From NCBI GenBank assembly GCA_040954595.2, contig CM082579.2, positions 5,142,879 to 5,206,878 on the forward strand: a DNA stretch of 64,000 nt, read 5' to 3'. A program made the translations under genes and the position numbers. Of this stretch, positions 1 to 24,500 are shown one piece after another. The notes below the pieces were generated by a model, which ran no database searches, was not told the origin of the DNA, and saw only the letters and a program-made list of their open reading frames with translations. Every line of letters begins with the position of its first letter. The stretch's first letter is position 1. The DNA is from Balanoglossus misakiensis. Lineage: Eukaryota; Animalia; Hemichordata.

Positions 1-12179
<12,179 letters not shown>

Positions 12180-15086
12180 CGCCGGAGAGAGTTTGTATTA
12201 ACGACCGCAAAACTTTGCGCGAGAGCCGTGTTCCCTGTTCGTACTTTAATTCCACTCAACACTGTGGTTGCTAAACGAGTGTGCTGAAGTTTTAAATCTT
12301 GTAAGTTGACACACTGCTCATTTGCAATTCAATACACCATTCAGAGCACAGTGAGTGGGCGTGTCTACGTTACTTTGGTTAGTGTACAATGTACATATAA
12401 CAGTCTGTAACAAGCGCTGATGCTAATTAAAGCCAATTGGAATCCCAAGTAGGCAGCATTAACCCACCAACCTAGCCCTTCTGTCTACACCAGGCAATCA
12501 GCTCAAATTTCAAGGAAAAAGTCCTCCTACCAGTCAATTTGCAAACACTAACCTTCAACTGCTACTTACCTACCTGCAAACTTAAATACCACAGGTCCTA
12601 TAACAATCTCCGGGAGAAACCACTTCGCCCACACAGGGGTGTGAAATGAGCCCACACAGAGGGAGACAAAGCGACTATATGCACATCAAAGCAACTCCCG
12701 CAACTACTTGTTGATGAATCAAAAGGTCTTGTGTTTTAATTACCGGTAATACGTCACTTGAAATTTCTCCAATTCAAAGAGATAGGCGGATACTTCACTT
12801 TAATGTACTATCTCTGCAGTAAAGTAAATATCTTTCTTTGTGGTCTTTACACCAAAGGAGAGTTCACTTTCTGTTGGCCAATACCTATAAATACATTCCT
12901 GCAGTACCTCCCCATCTGGACTGGTGTGTGCTGTTTGTGCCTGTACATGTATATTGGCTTTAAATTTAGCAACTCAATGACACGATATTTGCCAGGTAAA
13001 TGGCTATTCAAAACATTTAACCGCCTGTGAAGGGATGCATGAAAGGTCACTTAAATACACGAAAGCAAAAACACAAAACAATATAATCCATAAAGACAGT
13101 TCATTTTAATTACATCTCATTAACATCAATTATGGAATAGAGCAATTCATGATATAAATAATTGCCTCATTATTTTTTTAATGATATCCAAGGTCTTCAC
13201 AGGATCAAATGTCAGCCTGGGAAGTTTGCTTTTTAGTCATGCTAGTTTCAATTTACCAATGGCAGGTGCAAGAAAGTCAAGGGCGAAATGAGGAACCTTG
13301 ACTCCTATTACTTTTGAAACCAATCCTGAAACTTTGCTGCACCTTTGACATTTCACCTCAGTCCCTTTTCAACTCAAGTGGTTTCCACTCAACAGAGGTG
13401 TACATTATAATATTTTTATTTGTGTAGGCTGTACACCGATTACAGTTATTTTCAGGGTGAGAATTCTGAAAAGAATTAGAAATGTATCATATAGCCTATT
13501 AATATACAGAAACTGGGACTGTTTTCAAAACATGGTTAAATTTAACAAACTGTTGCGCCATCTACAATATTAAAAGGTCCATCAGCTATATATTTTTTTT
13601 ATATTTCTTCTTTATGATGGTTTTAAATTTAAAGCCACATATAAAGATCCTTACTGAAGTGTGACCACAGACAAGTTTTCAAACAAAGGGAATTTTCATT
13701 CAATGGCTATTTACTAATTTCTTTCTCAGCATATGCACCCTTCGATGTTACTCTATATGCATTGTATTTCAGAGTTCCTGATCCAAATTTATTTCCACAG
13801 ATGGTCCAAATCCATACACATGACCTTGGGGTATATTGAGGACCACCCATATGCACCTGATATTTTTGGTGGGAAACTTTCAAGGCAACCGTTGTTGACT
13901 CTGAGAGGTTTTAACCAGCAACCCAATCTGCAAATATTTGGTACAGTGTATATTAAAATAGATAGCAAACAGCAAATATTGGCACTGAAAGTTCCTAATT
14001 CTAACCTTGAACCACACACAAACTCTGGTCAAACCAACACAGACTAATTCAGGAAAAGCCTTTCGGGAATTTTTACAAATATAAGAAGATTGGTGGTAAT
14101 ATGATACAACTAATGCTGATGTCCATGAACTCTTGTTGGATGAGGACAGTCACCCCCTGGACAACAGTTAGGGATAGGGTATTGTCCGCTCACATGGATC
14201 GTTAGCTCAACTACAGTCTCCTGCTAACAAACAGGAGCATCCAGACCTTGGCAGGTGAAGATGGGGAAAAGGGTTCACTGGGCAAGGGTCTGGTGGTTAA
14301 ATATAACTGTTCAGATATTACTGTTAATAACGTTGAATGTCAAAATGTCGTTTTGTGTCTTATCAATACAATGGAAGCTACTAAGTAGAAACAGAACAAT
14401 GCATAATCATGGATATATTGTCTCATTTTAATTCTGTCTCCACTTATTAGAGCAATATGACTTTATTTGAAATAATTATTAATATTAGGTGGTGAAGACA
14501 GATGATGTTTGATTTCATCACACCTTTCCTGATAGACATCCCGAGATTATACTTTTTTTCATTACTTTCAACATAAACATTGAGATATTTTGGATACAAT
14601 ACTTTATTTGCTGTGGCACTTCTATACCCATATTGATATAAAATATTTATGATGGCTTCTTAAGGACTGGCATGGTAACTACAACAACAATGTCAGTTTT
14701 TATGAACCCAACACACAAACGTAACAGGTTACAAATGTAACCCTGTAGTTACCATGGAAAACAATCTGATTAAAATAAGATGTAGAGTGCTGGTGATGGC
14801 TATTCTGTTCTCTGTCTTGGCTGTTTATGACATATGCCCCCTTCCAAACAGACAGCCAAGAATCAGCAAAAGTAAAGACAGCGCCTAACTCCACATCTGA
14901 TTTTAATCAGATTGCATGGAAAATTAAGATTAATTAGTTACAGAGTTTTAAATAGATGGTAAATGCGACATCGTCACTAGAAGACTTACACACGCCTCTT
15001 TAACCATATATGGACATATAAAAGTTTGCTCTTGGTGTAGTGCAGTGCGCACATAAATAAAAACAAAAGACGTGTGTTGAACTTAC

Positions 15087-15189
15087 CACAGAGGCGCTCG
15101 ATATAACTTTCCTTCACACGCGCGTATACGCGTACGCGCGGTACCCCCCGCAGGCCTACCCCCGGCCCCGGACTGTGGACGCTGGACAT
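15087..15189 (-). other. Candidate alternative first coding exon of the formin gene
   Basis: CpG-rich patch; ATG at 15189, open for 34 codons +1 nt, then a consensus G|GTAAGT donor. Phase 1 matches the phase-1 acceptor of formin exon 2 at 7388. Confidence 0.4.
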
Positions 15190-15479
15190 CGACAGTGGCC
15201 TGCGGCCCCGAAGATCTAGATGGACGGATGTTTTCCCAAAGAGTAGGTACAATCATTTTGATATCTCACTTTTCATCCAGTTTCGACTACGTATGGAAAT
15301 TGATAAAGCGGAAAATAAGCTGGACGGATCGACGGTGTGAGGAAATAAACTAGAGTCCTGGACCACTTAGCGTTTTCAGATGGTCTAGTATATAAAGTGT
15401 TATCAAATCCTGCTGTTTTGGTTGCTTTCAGAGACTGGTAATGTCCATCATCATCATCTGCACTGTCTGTTCAAACAAG

Positions 15480-15830
15480 AAATGTGACGCGGGCGACACA
15501 TAATACACCAAAACACGACAAGGTTTGGTTTGCAGTTCACTTGTTCATATACCGGTACATATCTGTACATCCTCCCGGCGCGATCGGCGGTTCAAATGAA
15601 ACCAATTTCCGCAGGCATCTTCTCACCTCATTTTCTGTGAACTTCTGAAGAACTTCTGTGTCAGTGTTACCACCTTGTTTTAAAGTATACAACGGCAAGC
15701 AGATTCCATGGATTTGGCGCCATCTTCGTGCTGTTGCAGATTTTGAGAAATGTGATCATCAGACGCGCTGCTGGACGCACCAGGTCGTCTAGACGACGGA
15801 TTGACAAGGGCGCCCCCAATAGTGCCACAT
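15480..15830. promoter_or_regulatory. Putative CpG-containing promoter region between the divergent formin and TRIM genes
   Basis: Local CpG enrichment, a YY1-type element GCGCCATCTT at about 15717-15726, and a minus-strand donor-like GAG|GTGAGA near 15626. Confidence 0.4.
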
Positions 15831-18800
15831 ACTCCCAGTGATTGAAACATTTATATAATAAAATAAGTTTTATTTTAATCAGAAGTATATTTTTTTACCA
15901 GCTTATAATTTGAAGTGCCAAATTTGGGCTTTGTCAATAGTTATGAACAGAATTCAAAAAGCTAAATTTTTCCTGTCATTTTTTTAAAGTTCATTCAAGG
16001 GTGTGAATAATGTTGCTCTAAAGTCTATGTACAGGGATGACAGAGTCCAGAAAAAAGTGTTAATTTTCCAGACAAGATGAAGAAACAAGTCATGAATAAG
16101 GTGCGTCAGCTCAGGTCCAGCCCCATTCATTTTCTGTACAGAAGGTCCATGTCCAGTCTCACTAAGAGATCCTGTGTTTTTTTAAACTTGAACATTTTGA
16201 ACCAAGGTAAAACTGGTAAAACCTTGAAATTCATGAAAACATGAATGCTTCAAGCCTGTGGCATTCACATTAACAGTAACTGTATATCCTATACAGAAAG
16301 ACGGAAATGGCAGGAATTATCTTGTAGTTTTCCGCTCGGCTGATGCAGAATGGAGTCATCAAATATTGACATAGAATTGGGCTTGGTGGAGATTCTTCTG
16401 CACTAAGGCCCTGATACCCCAGGCAACAGGCTAATTGAAAAATGATAAGAACGTACAAGGTGTCTTTTGAAGTGGTTCCTAAACAAATCCCCCTGTCATA
16501 GCTTGTCTTTCATGCATTTTTGAAATACATGTATCACAAAGGCAAATGTTGACTTTGGCCTTGGACAATTGTGATGACAACTTTGTTTGGCAACAGCCCC
16601 AGAAGTCATGTTTAGAGTTGCACATGTCAAAGACTCCGCTGTCGGGAATCTGTTTTTCCTCTATGTTTCATATGACTATGAGAATGAGTGCTTGGTTCAA
16701 ATATTCTTTGTTTCCAGCTCCGAAATGGACCATCCTCAGATCTTGAGTACGTCAGATGGGTTGTGAAATGACAGTAGTTCATCGGAGCAGTCTTATACCC
16801 AGTCATCAGACGGTCGGTTCAAAGCAGCAAGAAGTTTTAACAGTTTTCTTATATTTTTAGAACTTCAGGGAAAAAGTAAAGGTAAGTTTGTAGCAATTTA
16901 ATAATTTGCCTTTTACGTATTATCTGAAACAGCAAAGATTGACTTCACCAGAGACTGCCATGTCATAACTTTTCCCCAGTCTTCCAACCAGATGTATTGT
17001 GGATCATATTCTTGAGTCGCCAGTGAGTTTGTTGAGTCAGTGGTGGGTCAAATGGGCAAAGAGGGCACACTGGTAATGTTGCACTGAAAAATGATCCATG
17101 GTTGACTTGACTCCTGAATGTTTTGCATATTTACAGTTGTCTGTGTTTCCACAGCAGACATGGCAATTATTTTCCCTCATGATAGTGACTGGAAAGTTTA
17201 CGGTAAACACGTATGTTCGTGGAGCTTCTTAGAAAATCTTCCAACCACCTGTTGACATTCCCCCACATCCTTAGGATTTTCCAATAAAAAAGTGTTGGTT
17301 TTACGAGGGCATCCGATCCCTTAATGGAGAACCCAATCCAGTGAAATGCTTCCGTTGTGGTGGAAAATTACTTCTCCTGAATAAATGTCAAATGTCAGAC
17401 CACGCTTTATTGAAATGAGGTTTTTATTGCTGCCAACTTGTATTCAAGGAAAATTGAACTCCAGGCACCACAGGAATTCTTAAGCTGTTCATTAATGTCA
17501 TTCCATCATTGGGCAATATTTTCTTCGAATGCGTTGTGATTTTACAACCATTTAGCGTTCTCCTGGGAACTAAGGTTTCAACAACATGGATTGACCTTGA
17601 TCTTGGCAGTCGGTTCTTGCCTGAATTAAGAATTACAATCATCATCATATCACACACATATAAAGGTATTCTTTGCATCGAATTGTTTGCGTCTCAGTCC
17701 GAACGAAATTTAGTGTCAGCAAAAATGACTACAACTACTTCCACAAATAAAAATGATGAGCAAGTTTATTTTTCAAGGGAACATTCATGTACTATTAAAA
17801 TAAATCATGTTGAACTTTAAAAGGCTGTATCAGTGTTCCGTCACTGTGCCACGGATGTCCATGCTGTTGTCAATATTTGACATTGCAATCAATCATTGCA
17901 GATTTGATTGAGCTGTAAATATGGCAAATGTGTGCGAGCAGAGTCCACCAGGGTATAAACAAACAGCTGTGTTTGGAGTCAATCATGGTGTTTTTTATCT
18001 GATATCGCTGTTATTGATTAATGGTCTTGTCTCGGACGCACAGACGTAGAACTTGTCTGTCTGAGTGAGTGTCGTCTTGTCTCAGTGATAGCGTCGAGGC
18101 GCTTTGACGTTCCATAGCATACGTGACTTATTGACAGCTACGATGTCTCGTTGGTTGAGACTGGAATCCCAGTCGAAATAGATCACCTTTGAATCTTTTT
18201 TGTTTTTTTGGAATTTCAGCGTGTCCATGAACTGGACGTCATCAACAAGGTGAGCGAGTCTCGTGATCGTGTCACGCCTTTCTTTTTATTCAACTTATAT
18301 GATACACTTCTGAGTTGCCCACACACAGTCACACACACAAAAACACTCAAGGAAGTCTGGAGCCTGCAAATGGTTCTTCGCTGTACAACGTCGATTACGT
18401 GCCCAGCCAGCCGGTTAGTTAGCTCCCATTGTCATGCAAATTCCTCTCTCCGTTAGAAAACCAGGTGGCAGCCTCTGTTATGTTATTAGCGCGGGTTTAA
18501 AAAGAACGTTTCGGCTCAATGCCACATCCCGTTCTGTGAATCAATTCATCGACGTCTCTGCGTGGTATATTGCGTGAATGTGTGTAGCCACCACAAGCAG
18601 TGAGATAGAGTGATGGTATTGAACCTGGTCGCAGCCATTCAGTTTTGACTTTGAAGCACCCCGACTGTCTTTCAGTGTTAAGTATTACACTATCATTCTA
18701 TTCACTTGTATTTTATCGGAACCATACCCGATTCAGCCCCCCATTCATCTCGGTACTCAAACAGCCTTTTCTCTTTCTTTTCTCCCCCTGCTACTCTACA

Positions 18801-21025
18801 AAGTTATTAGCCGTACCTGCACACGCACACCAGTTCCAATTCCACAGAACAACCCCGTCATTGTGTACGTACTCTCGCATCCAGAAGATTTGAGCCACGA
18901 TGGCCCGCCTCAGGGCCCACCAATGCCTGGACAGGTAATGATAAAATTTTGCAATGGCATTTTCATTTCATAGTTTTATCAGTCCTGATGTATTTTGATC
19001 TGGAAGGGAGTTGCTGTGATGGAGGAGTTCACCCGAGGTCACTGTGCTGTTTTGGGCCTGCAGTAATGACAGTGTTCCCATTTTAGCATATGCGACATAC
19101 TGGTATGTTTTAATTTGCATGCGTGTTCATGGCCCATTTTGTACAAAAACTACCAGTACATGTAAATCTACGCTACATTTATAGCTCTGGTATAATGTGA
19201 CGTGCAATTCATGGACTGCGTACTTCAGTATTGTGTGCATGTCAACCTTAATTATAAAATTACAAAAAAAATCAGCTTTTGTGTCCCCTTTCTTGTATAG
19301 TATTCATCAGTGTCCTCCACAGAACTGTAGACCATATAATACCAACATCGTCTTTCTGAGGATCAACATCATAATAGACCGATAGCGTTTTAATCGTGTC
19401 TTATATTTGTTGCGATGTGAGTTTGACATTTTGTGAACTGAGCTGCGTTCTATTTGAGGAACTAATTTACAATCGTGAGCGCTCCGACAAAACCAGTGAA
19501 TTGTGCATTTCTTAGGCACAAGTTTTTTATTCTCCACATGATACGGATGCCAAATCTTGAGCAATCATTCACAGTATTTGGTTAATAGATTTTTCGTTAA
19601 ATATGGTCATTTTATAATGCGGCAGATCAATAATATTTTACTCTGTAAGTTCACACTGGTATTGATTCAGAATGATTTCGTATCCTAAAATGCAGCTGTT
19701 TCAAGCCATGTCATGCATTTGGTTGAAATATGCCTTTTTTTTCGCTGCTGATATCAATACGTACAATTACTGTGTGGGGAGGGAATCTCTGAAAGCCAAC
19801 AGCAGTGTCCTTAAGTGTTTTTGTGCGATGACACTCACTCAGGCCAGCGTATTATCAGTGATGTTGAGTCAGTTCTGTCTGGAGTTTGGAGTTTGACAGG
19901 GCATAAATCCTGTAGTGCACATGGTATATAGTGCTTCTGTAGAGTCGACTGGTCCATGGGGTTTTCACTTTATGAGGGAACCGTTGTTGACACCATCATC
20001 ATGCTTTTTCGCTAGTTCAAACAAAGTTCAATTGCCTGGTGTCAGCTAGTGCGGTTCCCATAAATGTATTCTTTCAATGCAATCAGTGCAATATGAACAT
20101 TTATATAATAAAATGAATACGGTAATATCAGAGATTGTTAAAACTGGAATTTAGCGTAGAACACGTCTTCAGGGAAACACACAACAGACATGTGGCATTT
20201 CCATGGCAAAATTTTGGTGAATTTGATATTTGATGGTTTGAATATCATGACAGTTTTATATCCTAACATTTGTATAATAAAATAAGGACCTTAAAATAGC
20301 CTGAATTTTAGACAAATGGCCAAAACTTGACAGTTAACATTTTGATTTCATCACTTCTTCATTAAAAAGGAAATAGTTTTTCATGTTAGGACACCGTAGG
20401 ATTAATATTTACAGAATGGTATTAAAGCAAATTGCAGAATCTAAAAATAGTAATGTTAACACTTCCATTAAACAGGATTGACATTTCAACATTTATATTC
20501 ATTCATGCACCTTAAAAAGTGCGCTTTTTTCAGTTTAAAGTACGATGACAGAAAAGAAATGTAAAAAATTACATTAGGAAAGCACTGCATTTGTGGGGGT
20601 TTGAGTGACATCATAATATTCAGAACTGAGGATCAACAATATTAGTATTGCAAGAGAAAATAATAAATCCTGTCTTAATGGGACACAGGTGCAGCTTATT
20701 GGGAGATACATGTATCAATATTCAGTGATTTATTCTCCGTTGACAGATTGTCTGTATTCCGCGTTAAGATGTCTGCAAAATTTTTCATCAGAGTGACAGT
20801 GACCAGACAGTGCGGTCTCCCAGCTGCAGACCACACATTGCACATAATGAATGGAATGTAGCCATTTCGTGTGAATGATCCATACCAAAGTTGCGCCACA
20901 TACCTCCGGAATAGAAACGTCTATTATCCCCGACTATACATGAACTGACGCAGTAAATTCTTCTCCGTTTCCTTCCATGTCAAACATCCTGTCATGACAG
21001 ATGTCTGTCAAAAATGAATGTGGGC

Positions 21026-21560
21026 GACAATGTATCTGTTGGAGTCTTGAAGGAGTGACTATTATGAATTGATGAATCAGAAAAAATTAAAAAAAAATGT
21101 TTGTCGGTTCACACTGGTAGTTACATGGCAAACATCCTGTACATGTTGTGGTGGTCCAAAATGAACCCCACCTGTGGCCTTACAGAACTCACTGCTAAAG
21201 CCATAATGGCCAATGTATCTGTCGGAGGAAAATGTGAATAAAAACATATGAAAAGTACATTTCAAGTTCAGGATGTTAGGTACAGAGCAGTCGTCCTGTT
21301 TTGTGATTTTTCAGAATGTATATCGCCATGTGGTCTTACAGTACGTACTCTGCTAGTGTCAGGTTAGCGTGACAGTGACAATGTATCTGTTGGAATATAA
21401 AAGGGATGAGTGACCACTAATTGATGAATGAAAAGAATACAAATGATTGTAGCAGAGATCTTGTGATGTGGTTTTTTCCAAAAAGAACTCCACAATGCAG
21501 TCTTTACAATATGCTCTTGTAATACTAAATAATGGTAAGTGACAATGTATCTGTTGGAGT
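21026..21560. repeat. Degenerate repeat with four copies of an 18-bp core GACAATGTATCTGTTGGA spaced about 165-185 bp apart
   Basis: Core copies near 21027, 21210 (variant), 21377 and 21541; copies 1 and 3 also share a downstream AATTGATGAAT. Confidence 0.6.
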
Positions 21561-24500
21561 GAAGGTCTACATCCTGACCTTGAAGGGTCACGTTGTGGGC
21601 CAAGGAAAGAGGGAAGGTCAAAACCGATGTAATATAAAAAACACAACAGAGTTTAATCTTTCACCTTTATAGTACGTCTAACCTGCACCGGAAAAAGATT
21701 AGCATTGGGGTGGGGCTTCCCTGTCATACCATTATTTTCTAGAAAATCAATAAAACGTTCAAAAATATCAAATGGCACATTACGACAGCCCAGCAGCTCT
21801 TCTCCAGGCCCAGGAACATGTATTTCTGTGTATGAGCACAACACCCGCAACATTGTTGTTGTTCATATGTTTACATTTAAGGGTATACCAACAATCAGCA
21901 AGAATTCGTGATCAACTGGTCAGGGCTAGAGTCATGTGTATCACTTGACCAACGAAAGAAAAAAAAAATCAGCAATTGACCAAATTGTGTAAAACAAAGC
22001 AGCCAACGTTGTTATGACATTTCTTGGTTGTTTGAAAATTGGCCCTGTTAATTTGATCTGCTGCCCAACAAGCCTTTGCTTCTAAATTTACTTTTAGAGT
22101 CTTTCAAATGTTTCACTTCATAAAGTGTTTCACCATATTTATAATTTCTATATAATTTTTAATGCTCCTCTAAATCTTACATGGTATTTGTCTGAACTGA
22201 AAGTGAAGTTGACAGTAACTGTCAACAAGACAGACAACTGACTCTGTGGTACTAGGGAAAAGGTTGTTTATAGGATTATTAACACTGTGAGTTGAAGGGC
22301 TAATTAGTATGCATGACCGACAGTAGTGCGACGTCATACAGTATGGTGTTCGACACGATCAGGACAGCCTTGTACAGTGCACTCATTGTTGGGACATGTG
22401 GCCAAGGTATCCCAATAATAGCACAGAATGTGTGCGCTGAATGACAACATGTTGACACACAATTTACCGGTACCGATTATTGACTTTGCTGCCAATGTTG
22501 ATTTGTTTTTCCAGTGGTGTTTGAAACAGTCCTCTGGGAGGTGTTAGAGAGAGAGGACATTGACATTACTGAATCAAGAAATGAGGATAGCATCCCAAAT
22601 AATCTGATGACAATTCAATGCTTTGATTTGGCTGCTTCAGATGCACAGTGTTTCAGTGTTTGGCCAAAAATAAAAGTGTTTTGTGCTGTTCCTTTTTACG
22701 ACATTTGCATAGTACTGTTCGATAATTGGAGGCCTTTCTGTGAAGTTCTTTGGAGTGTTCTGTTTTGGCTTCATAGAAGACAGAAGTTGCCTTTGATTTC
22801 TGTGTGTACATCTCAAAAAACTCTGGAAATTCCCATGCATAGTACAATACATGTGCCTGTTAGTGTCAGCGCATCTGAATGTCCGAATTTTTTCATTCAA
22901 AACAAACCTACAATGAAGCGATAAACTTGTGTCCACATCGTTACTTTTTCAAACTTTTATAAACTTTTGTTATTTATTCTCAAGAGCCCATCTGGTTCCC
23001 TTTAAAATGGTGTCCGTTACACCGAATGTTTTGATAACAGAGCCACAGCCTGTTGATGCTGTTTGCAAAAATAACACAGGTGTGAAGATGGGCAAGACCT
23101 CAATCTTTACACCGCAGTCGGTATAGACATCTCTGAGATGCTTTCTTTTTGGTCAGAGCAGTCTTTCAACACACGTTATGCAAATTACTTGACATATAAT
23201 TTATGTACAAAATTTGGCAATTCTAATGACCAATTGGAATTAAGCACTTGTGGTAATGTATTTGAGAAGGCGCTTTTGTTGTTGAAAACGCTCCGCTCAG
23301 AATGCGGCAAATTTCAAGACATGATCGATGATACAAGTGATGAATTATTTATCACAGGACAATAGAGTAATGACATCTGTCCAGCGATGCTCCCATATCA
23401 CTTATTTTTTGTCAGTACATCATCATGATTAATTAAAAAAAGATGATTTGGTAATGCAGTGCATGTGTGTAACATGTGCACTCCCAAGAATATATTAAGC
23501 AGTAATTTCTCATGAAAACAGTGAATTTTACCTAAGCCATCTGAAAGTGTTACTATGGGTTGTTGTTTGTATATGTTTTGTTTTTATTTTGATAGGATAC
23601 TAATATTTTTCAGGTCAGAAATGAAGGCGCCATCTGTTGCATCCAAAGCGACAACTGCGTCTAAATTTATCAGGCAGCAGATGGCCATCTAAATCCCTTC
23701 ACATTCATGGCATACATTGCAAAACATGCACAGATTGTCTTGTGACATCATCTCTCTCTTGTCTAGGAGTACATAACAATATAGATTGCGACAATAAACA
23801 AACCAAGTTAGTGTGACCAGGCCGTGATTCGTCAACAGACGCGTCTTTTCCAGTCCAGCCAGACAATGACTGTTCCCGCCCTAACCCCGACGCATTGAAG
23901 GGACTATTCTCAGAGTTACAGAGAGCTGAGCAGCGCAATTGCACAGAAGGGCTGCGTGCAGTGCTGCACACACATTCGATCACACACACCTGTGCTTCAA
24001 ATTCACGGTTTGTAAAATTTCCTAATAATTTCCATCTTGGCGTTAGAGCTTTGCTGTAAAGATGGTGGTGTCAGTTCACCCAACAGGTTGGTACCAATAT
24101 TTCTTCTCAATAACTGTAGTACCTCGCAGCAAACGTCTGGTCTGCTTTGATAGAAATTTGCATGAATTTTGTTCATATTTCTTTCAAAATAGAAAGTCTT
24201 GTTTGATTCTAATACCGGTAGCAGAGTTTTGATTAGAGTTTTTCAAGAATAGAATAATTTGGCAACGTGTCAACAATCTATGTTTTACTTTTGTGTGAGT
24301 ACTGATACAGCTTGCAATGTGTTTGTGTCCTAACTGACAAAATGCTTATCTCAAACTTTAAAAAATCGTTTGAGGATTAATTGTGACATTGGTGTATAGT
24401 GTACACCACTCTTGACTATTGTGTTTTGAAGTGCATGTAGTAATGGTCTGAGTCCATGGACTTGTTGTATTTTCCAACTCTCCATCACAATCTTGTTGAC

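Noticed and set aside
21026-21560. Regularly spaced direct repeats as a possible CRISPR array
   Set aside because: Eukaryotic intron-rich context, spacers of about 150 bp, and no cas genes.
22514-22936. Overlapping 99-136 aa ORFs in the intergenic/leader region
   Set aside because: No motifs, AT-rich random-like composition, no supporting splice signals.
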